A stretch of 64,000 nt of DNA from an uncultured Candidatus Saccharibacteria bacterium (GCA_964412965.1 CAYPQU010000003.1:2788-66787), one strand, 5' to 3'; shown: positions 21,367 to 32,178, counted from the first letter of the stretch. Translations and numbers: made by a program. Notes: generated from the sequence alone by a model not told the origin.

Positions 21367-22872
21367 ATGACTACCAACAAAGATAATCTTAAAAAAAGAC
21401 CACCTGTCGTGGTGGTGATGGGGCATGTTGATCACGGTAAATCAACTCTTCTAGACTACATTAGAAAAACTAAAATAGTTGATGGAGAAGCTGGTGGTAT
21501 AACTCAACATATTAGCGCCTATGAAGTAAGCACTAAAGATGAAAACGGAAATGATAGATTGATTACCTTTCTTGATACTCCAGGGCACGAAGCCTTTACT
21601 AAAATGAGATGTCGTGGTGCACAAGCTGCAGACATAGCGATATTGGTAGTATCCGCGGAAGACGGGACAAAAGCTCAAACAATTGAAGCATACAACACCA
21701 TAATTGAAAATAAAATTCCTTACATAATAGCAATAAACAAAATCGACAGACCTAATGCAAACATAGATAAAACCAAAATGGACTTAGTTGAAAAAGGGAT
21801 TTACCTAGAGGGGCTAGGTGGCAATATTCCCTTTGCTCTAATATCAGCAAAAGAAGGTACAGGTATAAACGAACTGATGGAATTAATACTTCTTCTAGCA
21901 GATATGGAGAACTTAGAGGGGAATCCATCTTTGAACGCCAATGGGGTCATAATTGAGGCAAAAAGAGATCCAAAAAGAGGGATTAGTGCTACTTGCATTA
22001 TCAAAGACGGAACCATTAAATCAGGAATGTTTGTCGCCTGCGGAGAGTCTCTAGTCAGCACTAGAATGCTTGAAAACTTTTTAAGTAAACCAATCAAAGA
22101 AGCTTCCTTCTCATCTCCTATTCATTTAGTAGGTTTTGAAAGTATGCCAGAAGTAGGAAATATATTTGAATCATTTGAGACAAAAAAAGAAGCCGAGGCT
22201 TATATAAAAATAATCAGAGAAGAAAATTTAAGCAACAAAACTGTTAACTGTCAAAGAGATCAAAACATAAAAACTATTCCTATAGTTATAAAAACTGACG
22301 TGGTCGGAACCATAGATGCCATCGAGAAAGAAATTGAGAAGCTTAATAAAGAAGAAATAGTCTTTAAAATAATTGGTAAAGGAGTTGGAGCTATCAACGA
22401 ATCTGATTTAAAAATGGCAAACATAGACAAGGACAGTGTCATTGTCGGCTTCAACGCTAAAATAGATTCTGCTGCCAGAGATTTAAATGAATCCCTAAAA
22501 GTAAATATAGAGACTTTTGATATTATCTACAAACTAATTGATTGGCTAAAAGATTTAATAGAGGAAAGACGCCCTAGGCAAGAAATTAAAGAAGTAATTG
22601 GGAGTCTAAAAATATTAAAAACTTTTGGAACCACCAAAGATAAACATGTTGTTGGCGGTAAAGTAATTAATGGTAAAATAAGCCTACACAGTAACGTTAA
22701 AATAATGCGAAGAGATTTCGAAATAGGTGTTGGTAAAATAACAGAGCTACAAACCAACAAGATGAAAGCGAGGGAGGTTTTTGAAGGTGATGAGTGCGGC
22801 ATACAATTAGAAACAAGAGTTGATGTTTCTTCCGGAGATGTCTTAGAAGCTTTTGAGTTAGTGATTAAATAA
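21367..22872 (+). CDS. infB: translation initiation factor IF-2 (lacking the N-terminal extension)
   Basis: [39 protein letters not shown]. Confidence 0.96.
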   Translation: MTTNKDNLKKRPPVVVVMGHVDHGKSTLLDYIRKTKIVDGEAGGITQHISAYEVSTKDENGNDRLITFLDTPGHEAFTKMRCRGAQAADIAILVVSAEDGTKAQTIEAYNTIIENKIPYIIAINKIDRPNANIDKTKMDLVEKGIYLEGLGGNIPFALISAKEGTGINELMELILLLADMENLEGNPSLNANGVIIEAKRDPKRGISATCIIKDGTIKSGMFVACGESLVSTRMLENFLSKPIKEASFSSPIHLVGFESMPEVGNIFESFETKKEAEAYIKIIREENLSNKTVNCQRDQNIKTIPIVIKTDVVGTIDAIEKEIEKLNKEEIVFKIIGKGVGAINESDLKMANIDKDSVIVGFNAKIDSAARDLNESLKVNIETFDIIYKLIDWLKDLIEERRPRQEIKEVIGSLKILKTFGTTKDKHVVGGKVINGKISLHSNVKIMRRDFEIGVGKITELQTNKMKAREVFEGDECGIQLETRVDVSSGDVLEAFELVIK

Positions 22873-22883
22873 AGAAATATACA

Positions 22884-23210
22884 ATGTCAGAATTTAGAAA
22901 TGAAAAGATAAAAAACATGATTAAGGAGCATTCCGCCATGTTTATAGAAAGAGAAGCTGGAAACACTTCTCTTATTACTGTTACCAGAGTTTTGTTGTCA
23001 GAAGACAATAGAAGGGCTACTATTATGATTAGCGTGTTACCAAAAGAAAAAGAAAATGCTGCTTATGGTTTTATCAAAAGAAATCTGGGAGAATTGCGAA
23101 AACAAATAACAAAGAGTTTAAAGATAAACCCCATACCATTTCTAGACGTTGAAATAGACGAGGGGGAAAAAAATAGACAAAAAATTGACGAACTTTTGAT
23201 AAACGGGTAG
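22884..23210 (+). CDS. rbfA: ribosome-binding factor A
   Basis: Directly after infB; ITVTRV, P-x-L-x-x-x-x-D pattern, size. Confidence 0.85.
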   Translation: MSEFRNEKIKNMIKEHSAMFIEREAGNTSLITVTRVLLSEDNRRATIMISVLPKEKENAAYGFIKRNLGELRKQITKSLKINPIPFLDVEIDEGEKNRQKIDELLING

Positions 23211-23365
23211 TATAGAAGAAGCTATTTGATTAATTATGTAATCAAAATAGTCTTTGATAAAAAACTCTTGATTGATTTTTGTATACAAGATATTTTTATC
23301 CGCACAGAGCTCCTTTAGAGCAAAGTGGGAAAAATATCACATATACAAAAATTATGAATTCGTTA

Positions 23366-23437
23366 GGCCTAGTCGCCAAGTGGTAAGGCACGAGTCTGCA
23401 AAACTCTTATACGGCGGTTCGATTCCGCCCTAGGCCT
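23366..23437 (+). tRNA. tRNA-Cys(GCA)
   Basis: GGCCTAG/CTAGGCC acceptor, U discriminator, anticodon loop CTGCAAA, GGTTCGATTCC. Confidence 0.92.
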
Positions 23438-23495
23438 CAGTGGAAAAATTAAAATTTTTCTGCTAGTATAATAAAGTGGATTTACAAAACAATAT

Positions 23496-23577
23496 GCCCA
23501 GGTGGCGGAATTGGTATACGCGCTAGTCTTAGGAACTAGTGGAGCAATCCTTGGAGGTTCAAGTCCTCTCCTGGGCA
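23496..23577 (+). tRNA. tRNA-Leu(TAG)
   Basis: GCCCAGG/CCTGGGC acceptor, CTAGT-CTTAGGA-ACTAG, variable arm, GGTTCAAGTCC. Confidence 0.93.
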
Positions 23578-23807
23578 CACGTAATGTGCAAAAAAGAAGC
23601 AATGTTATTGCTTCTTTTTTAAGGAGAGGACTTGAAAGACGGACTCCGACGAAGGCCGGAGGAGTCGGGGTCGCGAGTTTTGCCAGCAGACAAAAACTTG
23701 TGACCAAGTCCTTTTGGTCGAAAACGAGAAGCTCCTGGGCACACGAAGTGTTCAAAAATGAAGCAATGTTATTGCTTCTTTTTTAAGGAGAGGACTTGAA
23801 AGACGGA
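23568..23807. repeat. direct repeat of the tRNA-Leu 3' end and flank around a hairpin element
   Basis: 23568-23643 resembles 23732-23807 (48 bp exact: 23596-23643 and 23760-23807). Confidence 0.85.
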
Positions 23808-23897
23808 TCTTCGATCCTTAACGAAATTAATCGAACGAGAAGCTGAATGATTATATCTTATTGCTTATTCTATCAAAATATAGTATACTTTCCCCAT

Positions 23898-24131
23898 ATG
23901 ACGATTTTCACTAATATATTACCTTATTTACAGATAATTCTGTCCATTATTTTAATAGTTGCTATTTTACTACAACAATCTTCAGCTGGAGTCGGAGGTG
24001 CTTTTGGTGGAGGCGAAGGAGGTGGTCTTTATAATACACGCCGTGGTTTTGAAAAGTTTCTTTTTGTATTTACAATTATAATAGCTATACTTTTCGCAAT
24101 ATTTGCGTTTATTGCTATTTTTGTAAAATAG
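23898..24131 (+). CDS. secG: preprotein translocase subunit SecG
   Basis: Two TMs, ILLQ..GGAFGG..RRGFEK pattern. Confidence 0.9.
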   Translation: MTIFTNILPYLQIILSIILIVAILLQQSSAGVGGAFGGGEGGGLYNTRRGFEKFLFVFTIIIAILFAIFAFIAIFVK

Positions 24132-24162
24132 ACTTCTTTTCCTGATTCGGCATTAGTTTTCT

Positions 24163-25974
24163 ATGCTTAAAATTAAAAATATATCTAAGTTTTTAAAAGA
24201 ATTTCGTTTTTATAAAAGAGGGGAGCTTGTACAAGCTGCGTCATCTTTTTCGGACAAACAATTTATACTGTTCACAGGCCTATTTATTATAGGTGTAATT
24301 TCTCTAGTTGGAATTTTAGGGAAGGTTAATAATATGTTTTTAGTTGATGTCCCCTCTGATGGAGGAGAAATTAACGAAGGAATTATAGGATTCCCTACCT
24401 TGGTTAATCCTGTTATCGCCTTTTCCGATGCTGATAAAGATTTAACTGCTTTAATTTATTCTGGTCTAATGAGAAAAACTCCTACAGGAGATTATATTCC
24501 CGACCTTGCAGAGACCATGGATATTTCAAACGATGGAACTGTTTATACTTTTACGCTTAAAAATAACGTAGAATTTCATAATGGAAAAGATGTTACTGTA
24601 GACGATATTATTTTTACTATTGAAAAAATAAAAGACCCTTTGGTAAAAAGTCCAAAGAAATCAAGTTGGGAGGGAGTGACTGTGAATAAAATAGACGAAA
24701 AGACCATAGAGTTTAAATTGCCACAGCCATACATTTCCTTCATGGATAACACAACCATCGGAATTATTCCTTCTAGTTTGTGGAAAAATGTAAACACCAA
24801 AGAATTTAATTTATCGACATTAAACTCGAAAGCTATTGGTTCTGGTCCTTATAAAGTTAAAAATGTTATCAAAAACAAAGATGGTCTTTCAGAAAGGTAC
24901 GAATTAGTTAGATTTAACCGTTTTGCCTTAGGTAAACCTCTGATTGAAAAAATTAACATTAATTCTTTTGCTAGTGAAAAAGAATTAATTAAAGCTTTAC
25001 AAGGAGGTTCGATTGACCAAGCTGGAGGAATAAGCCCCGAAAATGCTTCGTCAATTTCAAAAAACAGCAACAAAGTAAACACAGTTAATCTTCCAAGGGT
25101 TTTTGGGATTTTCTTTAACAGTAATAAAAATAAAATCTTTTCTGACCCTGAAATCGTAAGACTTTTAAATAAAGCTATTGATAGACAGGAGCTAGTCGAC
25201 AAAGTGCTTCTTAGTTATGGAGAAATAATAGACTCCCCTATTCCCAAAAAAATCTTAGATAAAGAAATGAGTGAAAAATTTACAGCAACCACCATAGAAG
25301 AAATAAATGCTTCATTAGATAAAGCAGGTTGGAATCTTGGCAACGACGGGATCAGAATTAAAGGGGGTAAATCTACTCAAGTAGTTACTAAAAAAGTTAA
25401 TGGCAAAACCGTAAAACAAAATGTGACCACTAATACCCCGGAAATACGCTTATCCTTTTCTCTAACAACCGGAGATACTCCTGAATTAAAACAAGCTGTA
25501 GAAATAATAAAAGAACAACTATTAAAAATAGGGGCAGAAGTAGATATTAAGAAAATATACGAAACAGGTCAAATTAACCAGCTTATTCATGCCAGAGATT
25601 ATGAAGCTCTTTTCTTTGGTCAAATTGTATATCACGAATCAGACCTGTATTCATACTGGCACTCTTCTCAAAAAATGGGGCCTGGTTTAAATATTGGACT
25701 TTATGATAATAAAAAAGTTAACTCTATTCTAGAATCGGCACAAAAAACAATGTCGAGAGAAGACAGATTAATAAAATATGAAGCTCTGGAAGGAGAATTT
25801 AAGTCAAACATTCCTGCTATTATGGTTTATTCACCTTTATATCTTTACGTAACTTCAAACAAACTAGTTAATTTAAATTTATCTAACATTACAATACCAT
25901 CTGACAGATTTTTGTCTTCTTATTTGTGGTCAGCAGATACAGACAAGGTCTATAAGATTTTTATAAAAAAATAA
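24163..25974 (+). CDS. peptide ABC transporter substrate-binding protein (family 5)
   Basis: IYSGL, PDLAE, YTFTLK..FHNG..TVDDIIFT, IGSGPY motifs. Confidence 0.9.
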   Translation: MLKIKNISKFLKEFRFYKRGELVQAASSFSDKQFILFTGLFIIGVISLVGILGKVNNMFLVDVPSDGGEINEGIIGFPTLVNPVIAFSDADKDLTALIYSGLMRKTPTGDYIPDLAETMDISNDGTVYTFTLKNNVEFHNGKDVTVDDIIFTIEKIKDPLVKSPKKSSWEGVTVNKIDEKTIEFKLPQPYISFMDNTTIGIIPSSLWKNVNTKEFNLSTLNSKAIGSGPYKVKNVIKNKDGLSERYELVRFNRFALGKPLIEKININSFASEKELIKALQGGSIDQAGGISPENASSISKNSNKVNTVNLPRVFGIFFNSNKNKIFSDPEIVRLLNKAIDRQELVDKVLLSYGEIIDSPIPKKILDKEMSEKFTATTIEEINASLDKAGWNLGNDGIRIKGGKSTQVVTKKVNGKTVKQNVTTNTPEIRLSFSLTTGDTPELKQAVEIIKEQLLKIGAEVDIKKIYETGQINQLIHARDYEALFFGQIVYHESDLYSYWHSSQKMGPGLNIGLYDNKKVNSILESAQKTMSREDRLIKYEALEGEFKSNIPAIMVYSPLYLYVTSNKLVNLNLSNITIPSDRFLSSYLWSADTDKVYKIFIKK

Positions 25975-25980
25975 AATAAT

Positions 25981-27966
25981 ATGACAGAAATAAATAAAAA
26001 AAATCAAAACTCTAAAGCAAGAGGCTCTAATAGATTTTCTTACGAAAAGCATGGTAGTATTCGCGTTTTACACAAACCGCAAACTCCTAATGTTATCAAA
26101 AAGGCAAATACAAAGAGCCCAATAACCCACAATGCAATTAAAAACACAGATAACAGAAACAAAAAAACAAGTAGGGGAAGTTATCAATATGGTAATAAAA
26201 AAATGCCCAAAAAACCCAAGATGGAAGCGTCAGTGGCTCAACCCAAAATATCTAATTCAAAGAAGTCTAGCTCCATCCCCTTTCCTGAAAGAGATGTTGT
26301 TCGTATAATACCACTAGGAGGAGTAGAGGAAATAGGTAAGAACATGACTGCAATAGAAATCAATGATGATATCATTGTCATTGATGCCGGAATGCAATTT
26401 AAAACTGAAGATACGCCCGGAATAGACTATATTATTCCAAACACTACATATCTAGAAGAAAGAAAAGATAAGATAAAGGGTGTTTTTATTACACATGCCC
26501 ATCTAGACCATATCGGAGGAGTTCCTTTGGTAATGAGCCGAATAGGTAACCCACCTATCTACTCTAGAAATCTCACTGTTTTGATGATGAAAAAAAGACA
26601 AGAGGATTTTTCCCATCTACCAGCCCTAAAATTAAATGTGGTAGAAAAAGACAATGTGGTATACGCAGGAGAAATGAAAATTAGATTCTTCGGAGTAACT
26701 CACACAGTACCTGATTCCATGGGGGTAATCATAGAAACACCATACGGATTAATAGTTAATCCAGGAGACTATAAGTTGGACCAAGTGGACGGAAAGACTA
26801 CAGAAGAAGAAGAAAAAGAGTACGCCTTTTTTGACAAAGAAAGAGTCCTTTTGCTTATGGCTGATTCTACCAACGTTGAAAATGATGGTTTCGCTCTTCC
26901 TGAAGCTAAGGTTCATGAAGGATTAGCTAATTTGATTAAACAAATTTCGGGAAGAATAATAATAGCGGCTTTTGCTTCTCACATTACTCGATTAGTTAAA
27001 ATTATAGAGATAGCAGAATCATTAAACAAAAAAGTGGCGCTAGACGGAAGATCTCTAAAAACCAACATGGAAGTTTGCGAGCTAGCAGGACTCTTTAAAC
27101 CAAAAAAAGGAACAATTATCCCCATAGAGGATGCTGATAGTTATCCTCCAAACAAAGTTATCGTTTTGATGACAGGAGCACAAGGAGAAGAATTCGCTGC
27201 TCTTGGTCGCGCCGCAAACAAAACACATAAAAAATTTAACATCAAAAAAGGAGACACGATCATATTGTCATCTTCTATAGTCCCAGGAAACGAAATATCT
27301 GTTCAGCATCTAAAAGATAATTTGACTCGACACGGGGTTAGGATAATTAGTTATAGAACAAGCGAGGAATATGTTCATGCAACCGGTCATGGTAATAAAG
27401 AAGACGTTAGGTGGCTACACAGGAAACTAAAACCAAGGTTCTTTGTTCCTATTCATGGACATCATTCTATGCTTGTAGCCCACAAAGAATTGGCTATGTC
27501 TGTCGGGACGCCAGAAGAAAACATCATTGTTCCAGATAACGGTTCTATCATTGAGATAGTGGACAAGGGTCAAAAGATAATCCTTCGTAAAGAAAAAGCC
27601 CCATCCGGGCCAATGCTAGTTGATGGCTTCTCTATTGGAGACGAGCAAGATGTTGTAATAAGAGATAGAGTAATGCTCGCAAAAGATGGAATGTTTGTTC
27701 TAATCGCAACGATAGATCAATCTACTGGCAAATTAAGAAAATCACCTGATATTATATCTCGGGGTTTTATCTACCTAAAAGAAAATCAGGAATTATTGCA
27801 TCAAGTAAGGTTAATCATTAAGAAAACAATAGAGGATGAAGCTGTGGGCAGAAACCCAATTAACTTCGATAGCATAAAAACTGCTCTCGGAGATAATATT
27901 TCAAAATTCTTATTCCAAAAAACCGCAAAGAGACCGATCGTGATACCTGTATTACTAAGTATCTAA
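25981..27966 (+). CDS. rnj: ribonuclease J
   Basis: PLGGVEEIGKNM, THAHLDHIG, DSTN, HATGH, PIHG motifs. Confidence 0.95.
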   Translation: MTEINKKNQNSKARGSNRFSYEKHGSIRVLHKPQTPNVIKKANTKSPITHNAIKNTDNRNKKTSRGSYQYGNKKMPKKPKMEASVAQPKISNSKKSSSIPFPERDVVRIIPLGGVEEIGKNMTAIEINDDIIVIDAGMQFKTEDTPGIDYIIPNTTYLEERKDKIKGVFITHAHLDHIGGVPLVMSRIGNPPIYSRNLTVLMMKKRQEDFSHLPALKLNVVEKDNVVYAGEMKIRFFGVTHTVPDSMGVIIETPYGLIVNPGDYKLDQVDGKTTEEEEKEYAFFDKERVLLLMADSTNVENDGFALPEAKVHEGLANLIKQISGRIIIAAFASHITRLVKIIEIAESLNKKVALDGRSLKTNMEVCELAGLFKPKKGTIIPIEDADSYPPNKVIVLMTGAQGEEFAALGRAANKTHKKFNIKKGDTIILSSSIVPGNEISVQHLKDNLTRHGVRIISYRTSEEYVHATGHGNKEDVRWLHRKLKPRFFVPIHGHHSMLVAHKELAMSVGTPEENIIVPDNGSIIEIVDKGQKIILRKEKAPSGPMLVDGFSIGDEQDVVIRDRVMLAKDGMFVLIATIDQSTGKLRKSPDIISRGFIYLKENQELLHQVRLIIKKTIEDEAVGRNPINFDSIKTALGDNISKFLFQKTAKRPIVIPVLLSI

Positions 27967-27977
27967 TTAAAAACAAA

Positions 27978-29147
27978 ATGGAAATTCATAAATTTAAAAT
28001 TAGAAGAATGTACATGCTCTCATTCCTATTCACTTTTCACATAGCATTATCTTCGTACATCAATTCTACTTTTCTAACAAACATCATATCTGAAAAATAT
28101 GTTGGTATGCTTTATACTCTGTCTTCCCTGTTAGCGCTAGTACTTCTTTCTAAAAGCGTGAATGTCTTAAAATATTTTGGAAATAAAAAACTAACATTAT
28201 TGTTTTTAATTTTTAACATGCTTGCTTTGGTTGGGATTATTTCATCAGTTAGCCCACTTTTGACAAGCATCTCTTTTATAGTATTCTCTGCTACAAATAC
28301 GCTCGTCTTGTTCTGTATTGATATATTTATAGAACATTTCAGCGACCCAACAAAAACTGGCAAAACAAGAGGTCTTTATCTTACGATTATAAATATAGCC
28401 TGGATGCTTTCCCCTCTAATTTCTGCTAGACTTATATCAAAGACAGGTGGATATACTTTTATCTATGTCCTTGCTTTTATAGTGGTTGCGATAATGACGA
28501 TAGGGCTAGTATTCTCTGTGAGGACCTTTAAAGACAAGGTTTACACCAAAACTCCTTTCATTCAGACATTTAGATATCTTATATCCAATCGACACATGTG
28601 GGCTATCGTTTCTATAAATTTCTTATTGCAATTTTTCTATGCTTGGATGGTTGTTTATACTCCAATATATTTATATGACCACCTAGGTTTTACCTGGGAT
28701 CAAATAGGAATAGCTTTTACTTTCATGTTGGCCCCATTTGTACTACTAGGTCTTCCGTTGGGCATTCTAGTAGATAAATATCACGTCAAGAGAAGAAATC
28801 TTCTTAAGATAGGTTTTACAATTGCTATAATATCGACAATTTCTATTTCGTTTATTACCTCAATGAATGTAATTATATGGGCTGTTGTTCTATTCATGAC
28901 GAGAGTTGGTGCTAGTATGATAGAAACCGCAAGTGAAATATATTTCTTCGACCACATAGACGACAAAGATGCAAACTTGCTAAGCATATACAGAGACATG
29001 TATCCTGTGGCTTATATTATTGCCCCTACAGTAGCAACACTAGTATTCTTTGTTCTTCCTTTTGAATATCTTTTTATAATTCTTGGAATGATACTCACTA
29101 TTGGTTTTTATCTTATCCCTAAGCTTAGAAAAATTAAAAATGCCTAG
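27978..29147 (+). CDS. MFS transporter
   Basis: About 12 TMs; GILVDKY loop motif. Confidence 0.85.
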   Translation: MEIHKFKIRRMYMLSFLFTFHIALSSYINSTFLTNIISEKYVGMLYTLSSLLALVLLSKSVNVLKYFGNKKLTLLFLIFNMLALVGIISSVSPLLTSISFIVFSATNTLVLFCIDIFIEHFSDPTKTGKTRGLYLTIINIAWMLSPLISARLISKTGGYTFIYVLAFIVVAIMTIGLVFSVRTFKDKVYTKTPFIQTFRYLISNRHMWAIVSINFLLQFFYAWMVVYTPIYLYDHLGFTWDQIGIAFTFMLAPFVLLGLPLGILVDKYHVKRRNLLKIGFTIAIISTISISFITSMNVIIWAVVLFMTRVGASMIETASEIYFFDHIDDKDANLLSIYRDMYPVAYIIAPTVATLVFFVLPFEYLFIILGMILTIGFYLIPKLRKIKNA

Positions 29148-29853
29148 AACTGAATATCCAATCAGAATAAATAAATATTTAGCTTTAAATAATTATTCTA
29201 CAAGAACTGGAGGAGATGATCTCATCAAAAAGGGACTAGTTTTTATAAATGGGAAAAAAGCTAAGTTGGGAGACAAGGTTTTTGAAGATGATGAAGTCTC
29301 TGTTAATACCCCCAAAAACCAAAAAGAACTAGTTTATTATGCTTATAATAAAAAGACCAACGTCTCGACCAATAAAGAACCTGGGGCTAAAGATATTTTA
29401 AGTGTGGCAAGTTTTCCCGAGAAGGTATTCCCCGTTGGAAGACTAGATAAAGATTCTCACGGTTTGATTATTTTAACAAACGATGGAAGGGTCACTGACA
29501 GATTGTTATCACCTCGCTATGTTCACGAAAAAGAATATGTGGTGCGAGTAGAGCCAACCTTTAGTTCAAAATTTATTGACCTTATGTCAAAAGGCGTTAG
29601 ATTTGACGGATACACAAGCAAAAAATGTGAGATCTGGCCAAAAGGTAAATCGAACAACACTTTTCACATAATACTTACTGAAGGTAAAAAAAGACAAATC
29701 AGAAGGATGTGTGAGGCTCTACATCACAAAGTAATCGATCTTAAAAGAATTAGAGTTATGAATATTGAATTAGGAAAAATAAAGGAAGGAGAATACAAAA
29801 AAATAGAAGGACAAGAATTAGACATTTTCTTAAAATCGTTAAGATTAAAATAA
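29140..29853 (+). CDS. rRNA pseudouridine synthase (RsuA/RluF family)
   Basis: S4 domain RINKYLA, GRLDKDSHGL, EGKKRQIRRM. Confidence 0.92.
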   Translation: MPRTEYPIRINKYLALNNYSTRTGGDDLIKKGLVFINGKKAKLGDKVFEDDEVSVNTPKNQKELVYYAYNKKTNVSTNKEPGAKDILSVASFPEKVFPVGRLDKDSHGLIILTNDGRVTDRLLSPRYVHEKEYVVRVEPTFSSKFIDLMSKGVRFDGYTSKKCEIWPKGKSNNTFHIILTEGKKRQIRRMCEALHHKVIDLKRIRVMNIELGKIKEGEYKKIEGQELDIFLKSLRLK

Positions 29854-29921
29854 AAACACCCCCGACCAAAGTTAGGGTGTTTTTATTTTAATTTAACAAC
29901 ATAGAAACTTACGCCCAATTG

Positions 29922-30122
29922 CTATTTAGCAATGTAGGGCAATAGGCCCATGAATCTTGCTCTCTTGATAGCTTCTGCAAGCTTTCTTTGGTTCTTTGCA
30001 GTCACATCCGTTCTTCTTCTTGAAAGAATACGAGCATTCGGAGTTAAGAATCTTTTTAGAAGCTCAACATCTTTATAGTCTATATGCTTTATGTTGTTTG
30101 ATGAAAAATAATCTTGTTTCAT
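29922..30122 (-). CDS. rpsR: 30S ribosomal protein S18
   Basis: [25 protein letters not shown]. Confidence 0.96.
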   Translation of the reverse strand: MKQDYFSSNNIKHIDYKDVELLKRFLTPNARILSRRRTDVTAKNQRKLAEAIKRARFMGLLPYIAK

Positions 30123-30158
30123 AATTATTAATTTTAATTTGTTACTACTAAGCCTTTT

Positions 30159-30611
30159 TTAAAAAGGTATGTCTTCAACATTAATTTGTTCTTCTGGATA
30201 TTCTATCGTGTCTAAGCTGTCATCTGATTCTTCTGGTGAAGTGCTTGTTTGAGAACCCTGGCTTTGAGTTTTCGCCCCTCCGCTATTAGAACCGAATTGT
30301 ACCCTATCTGCAATTATTTCTGTCCTGTATTTTTTAGTGTTAGTTGCTTGATCATCCCAGCTTCTAGTTTGCATTCTACCTTCTACCATGACCTGACTAC
30401 CTTTTTTCATATACTGAGCGACTGTTTCAGCTTGTCGTCCAAATACTACCACATTATGATAATCAGCCGATTCTTGCTTGGCCCCATTTTTGTCTTTCCA
30501 AACACGATTTGTCGCGACTGAAAATGAACAGATTTTTATTCCTGAAGGAAGTGATTTTAATTCAGGATCTCTAGTAAGATTTCCTATTATTAAAGCTTTG
30601 TTGAGATACAT
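30159..30611 (-). CDS. ssb: single-stranded DNA-binding protein
   Basis: NKALIIGNLTRDPE, C-terminal EDIPF; rpsF-ssb-rpsR gene order. Confidence 0.96.
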   Translation of the reverse strand: MYLNKALIIGNLTRDPELKSLPSGIKICSFSVATNRVWKDKNGAKQESADYHNVVVFGRQAETVAQYMKKGSQVMVEGRMQTRSWDDQATNTKKYRTEIIADRVQFGSNSGGAKTQSQGSQTSTSPEESDDSLDTIEYPEEQINVEDIPF

Positions 30612-30718
30612 ATAATTAGTTTCTAGTTTAAAGTTTCTAGCAGAAGACATATTGTATTCCAATAGATACTGAAACTATATATTTAATGATAATTTATAGA
30701 ACTTAAAAACTAAGTTTA

Positions 30719-31240
30719 TTATACCACAAGAGCATCAATTTCTTTATCAATTTCAGCTTCATTAACCTCTTCTACTGGATCTGAAGATTCTACTGTTTCA
30801 GAGGCCTCCTTTACCCTAGAAGGTATTCTCTTTTTATTATCTTGCTTAGGGTATGTTCTCTTAGGAGACATTGTATTCTCTCTAACAGTCTTTATTAGAA
30901 GATAACGAACCAGTTTTTCGTTTTTATCCAACAGTTCTTTGATGGTCTTTGCTTCTTCTGGAGTACATTCAAACTTTACCCATCCAAAATAACCAGTTGT
31001 AAACTTTTGCTTTTTATTAGCAATTGATCTGGTCATTTCGTAAGCTAATTCCATTAAACGGGGGTACTCATCTGAAATAAAGTTAGCACCGTTTTCTGCT
31101 AACATGTCTTTAAGAATAGTTACCTCCTCACCTACGTTTTCTTCTGCGATAGTTGGGACCATGTGGTAACCAACTTCGTAAACACATTGTCGTAACATAG
31201 ATTGATCTTCTACGATATTCTCTACTACTTTTTTAGCCAT
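30719..31240 (-). CDS. rpsF: 30S ribosomal protein S6
   Basis: YEVGY, LAYEM, GYFGW, RYLLIK; acidic tail; operon position. Confidence 0.9.
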   Translation of the reverse strand: MAKKVVENIVEDQSMLRQCVYEVGYHMVPTIAEENVGEEVTILKDMLAENGANFISDEYPRLMELAYEMTRSIANKKQKFTTGYFGWVKFECTPEEAKTIKELLDKNEKLVRYLLIKTVRENTMSPKRTYPKQDNKKRIPSRVKEASETVESSDPVEEVNEAEIDKEIDALVV

Positions 31241-31326
31241 TATAAAAATATTATTTTAAACATTATAAAATCTCGCTCCGGACCTAAGTATCCCGATTTC
31301 AGTATCGGGATAAACGAGACTTCATC

Positions 31327-31355
31327 ATATTAACAAAAAACCCTTATTTTGTCAA
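31327..31355 (-). promoter_or_regulatory. sigma70 promoter of the rpsF operon
   Basis: TTGACA-17 bp-TAATAT on the minus strand. Confidence 0.7.
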
Positions 31356-31362
31356 AAAATTT

Positions 31363-32139
31363 TTACCGCACACAACGAACATAAAAATTGTATGCACTCT
31401 TGGAATTGTAGGTTATTACTCCCGTATCAAAGAAAGAACGCCAGGCAGAAGAAGTATCGTCGACATTCTCTGTAGAAGTCCAGTATCTAGATGAGGTAAA
31501 ACCAACAGGAGTGTGTGAAATATTTCCAGATGCTTCATAATAGGCTTTCATAGGAGTTAGAAGCATTCCCACAGAAGGTAATCGTCCACCAGAAATAGTA
31601 CACGCACTCATAGCGTAAGACCAATTCATCGAAACATCACCACTCTCAGATGTAACTCCCAATGATGTCACTCCTTTTTTGTCCCATTCCACCACTCCAT
31701 TTTGATCTACTGACCACGCCTTAAGCATAGTATCATCATAGATAATGGCTGTAGCAGCAAATAAAGAAGCTGCGGACGAGCATTTTACTATTATATTTTG
31801 ATCAATTAGTTGTTGTGCAATTTTGCCCAAACTATTATCAATCCCAGCACAAGTAGTATTATACACGGAAGGATTTGATCCTGAATAACTTCCTAAACTT
31901 ATGAAATTAATTTCAGCCTGATTGTATAGTTGTTTTAATGTTGACTTGATTAAGGCAATCTTGCTCTTTTCTCTTGCAGAGTTTAGTGATGTGATGACAA
32001 CAGAGGAGAGTATTCCGATGATTGCAATTACTACTAGTAGTTCAATGAGGGTGAACCCCGACACCCAGTTTTCTCTATCTTTAAAACTAAGTGCGGAGGT
32101 GAAATCTTTATTGTTTGATTTTAAGAAAAGTTTTTTCAC
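31363..32139 (-). CDS. type IV pilin-like protein with C-terminal DUF1566/CLec-like domain
   Basis: GFTLIELLVVIAIIGIL prepilin motif; MNW..A..C..GGRLPS..YWTS..YVRCVR; GTG start with TGTTATAAT 6 nt upstream. Confidence 0.85.
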   Translation of the reverse strand: MKKLFLKSNNKDFTSALSFKDRENWVSGFTLIELLVVIAIIGILSSVVITSLNSAREKSKIALIKSTLKQLYNQAEINFISLGSYSGSNPSVYNTTCAGIDNSLGKIAQQLIDQNIIVKCSSAASLFAATAIIYDDTMLKAWSVDQNGVVEWDKKGVTSLGVTSESGDVSMNWSYAMSACTISGGRLPSVGMLLTPMKAYYEASGNISHTPVGFTSSRYWTSTENVDDTSSAWRSFFDTGVITYNSKSAYNFYVRCVR

Positions 32140-32178
32140 GTTTAAATTATAACACGTTTCAGGCGCGCGGATAAGTGT

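Noticed and set aside
23369-23786. ORFs of 128 and 94 aa
   Set aside because: They overlap tRNA-Cys, tRNA-Leu and the repeat element
31270-31320. S6:S18 ribosomal leader upstream of rpsF
   Set aside because: A hairpin is present, but its core TATCCCGAT..ATCGGGATA looks like a generic palindrome and the motif cannot be confirmed without a covariance model
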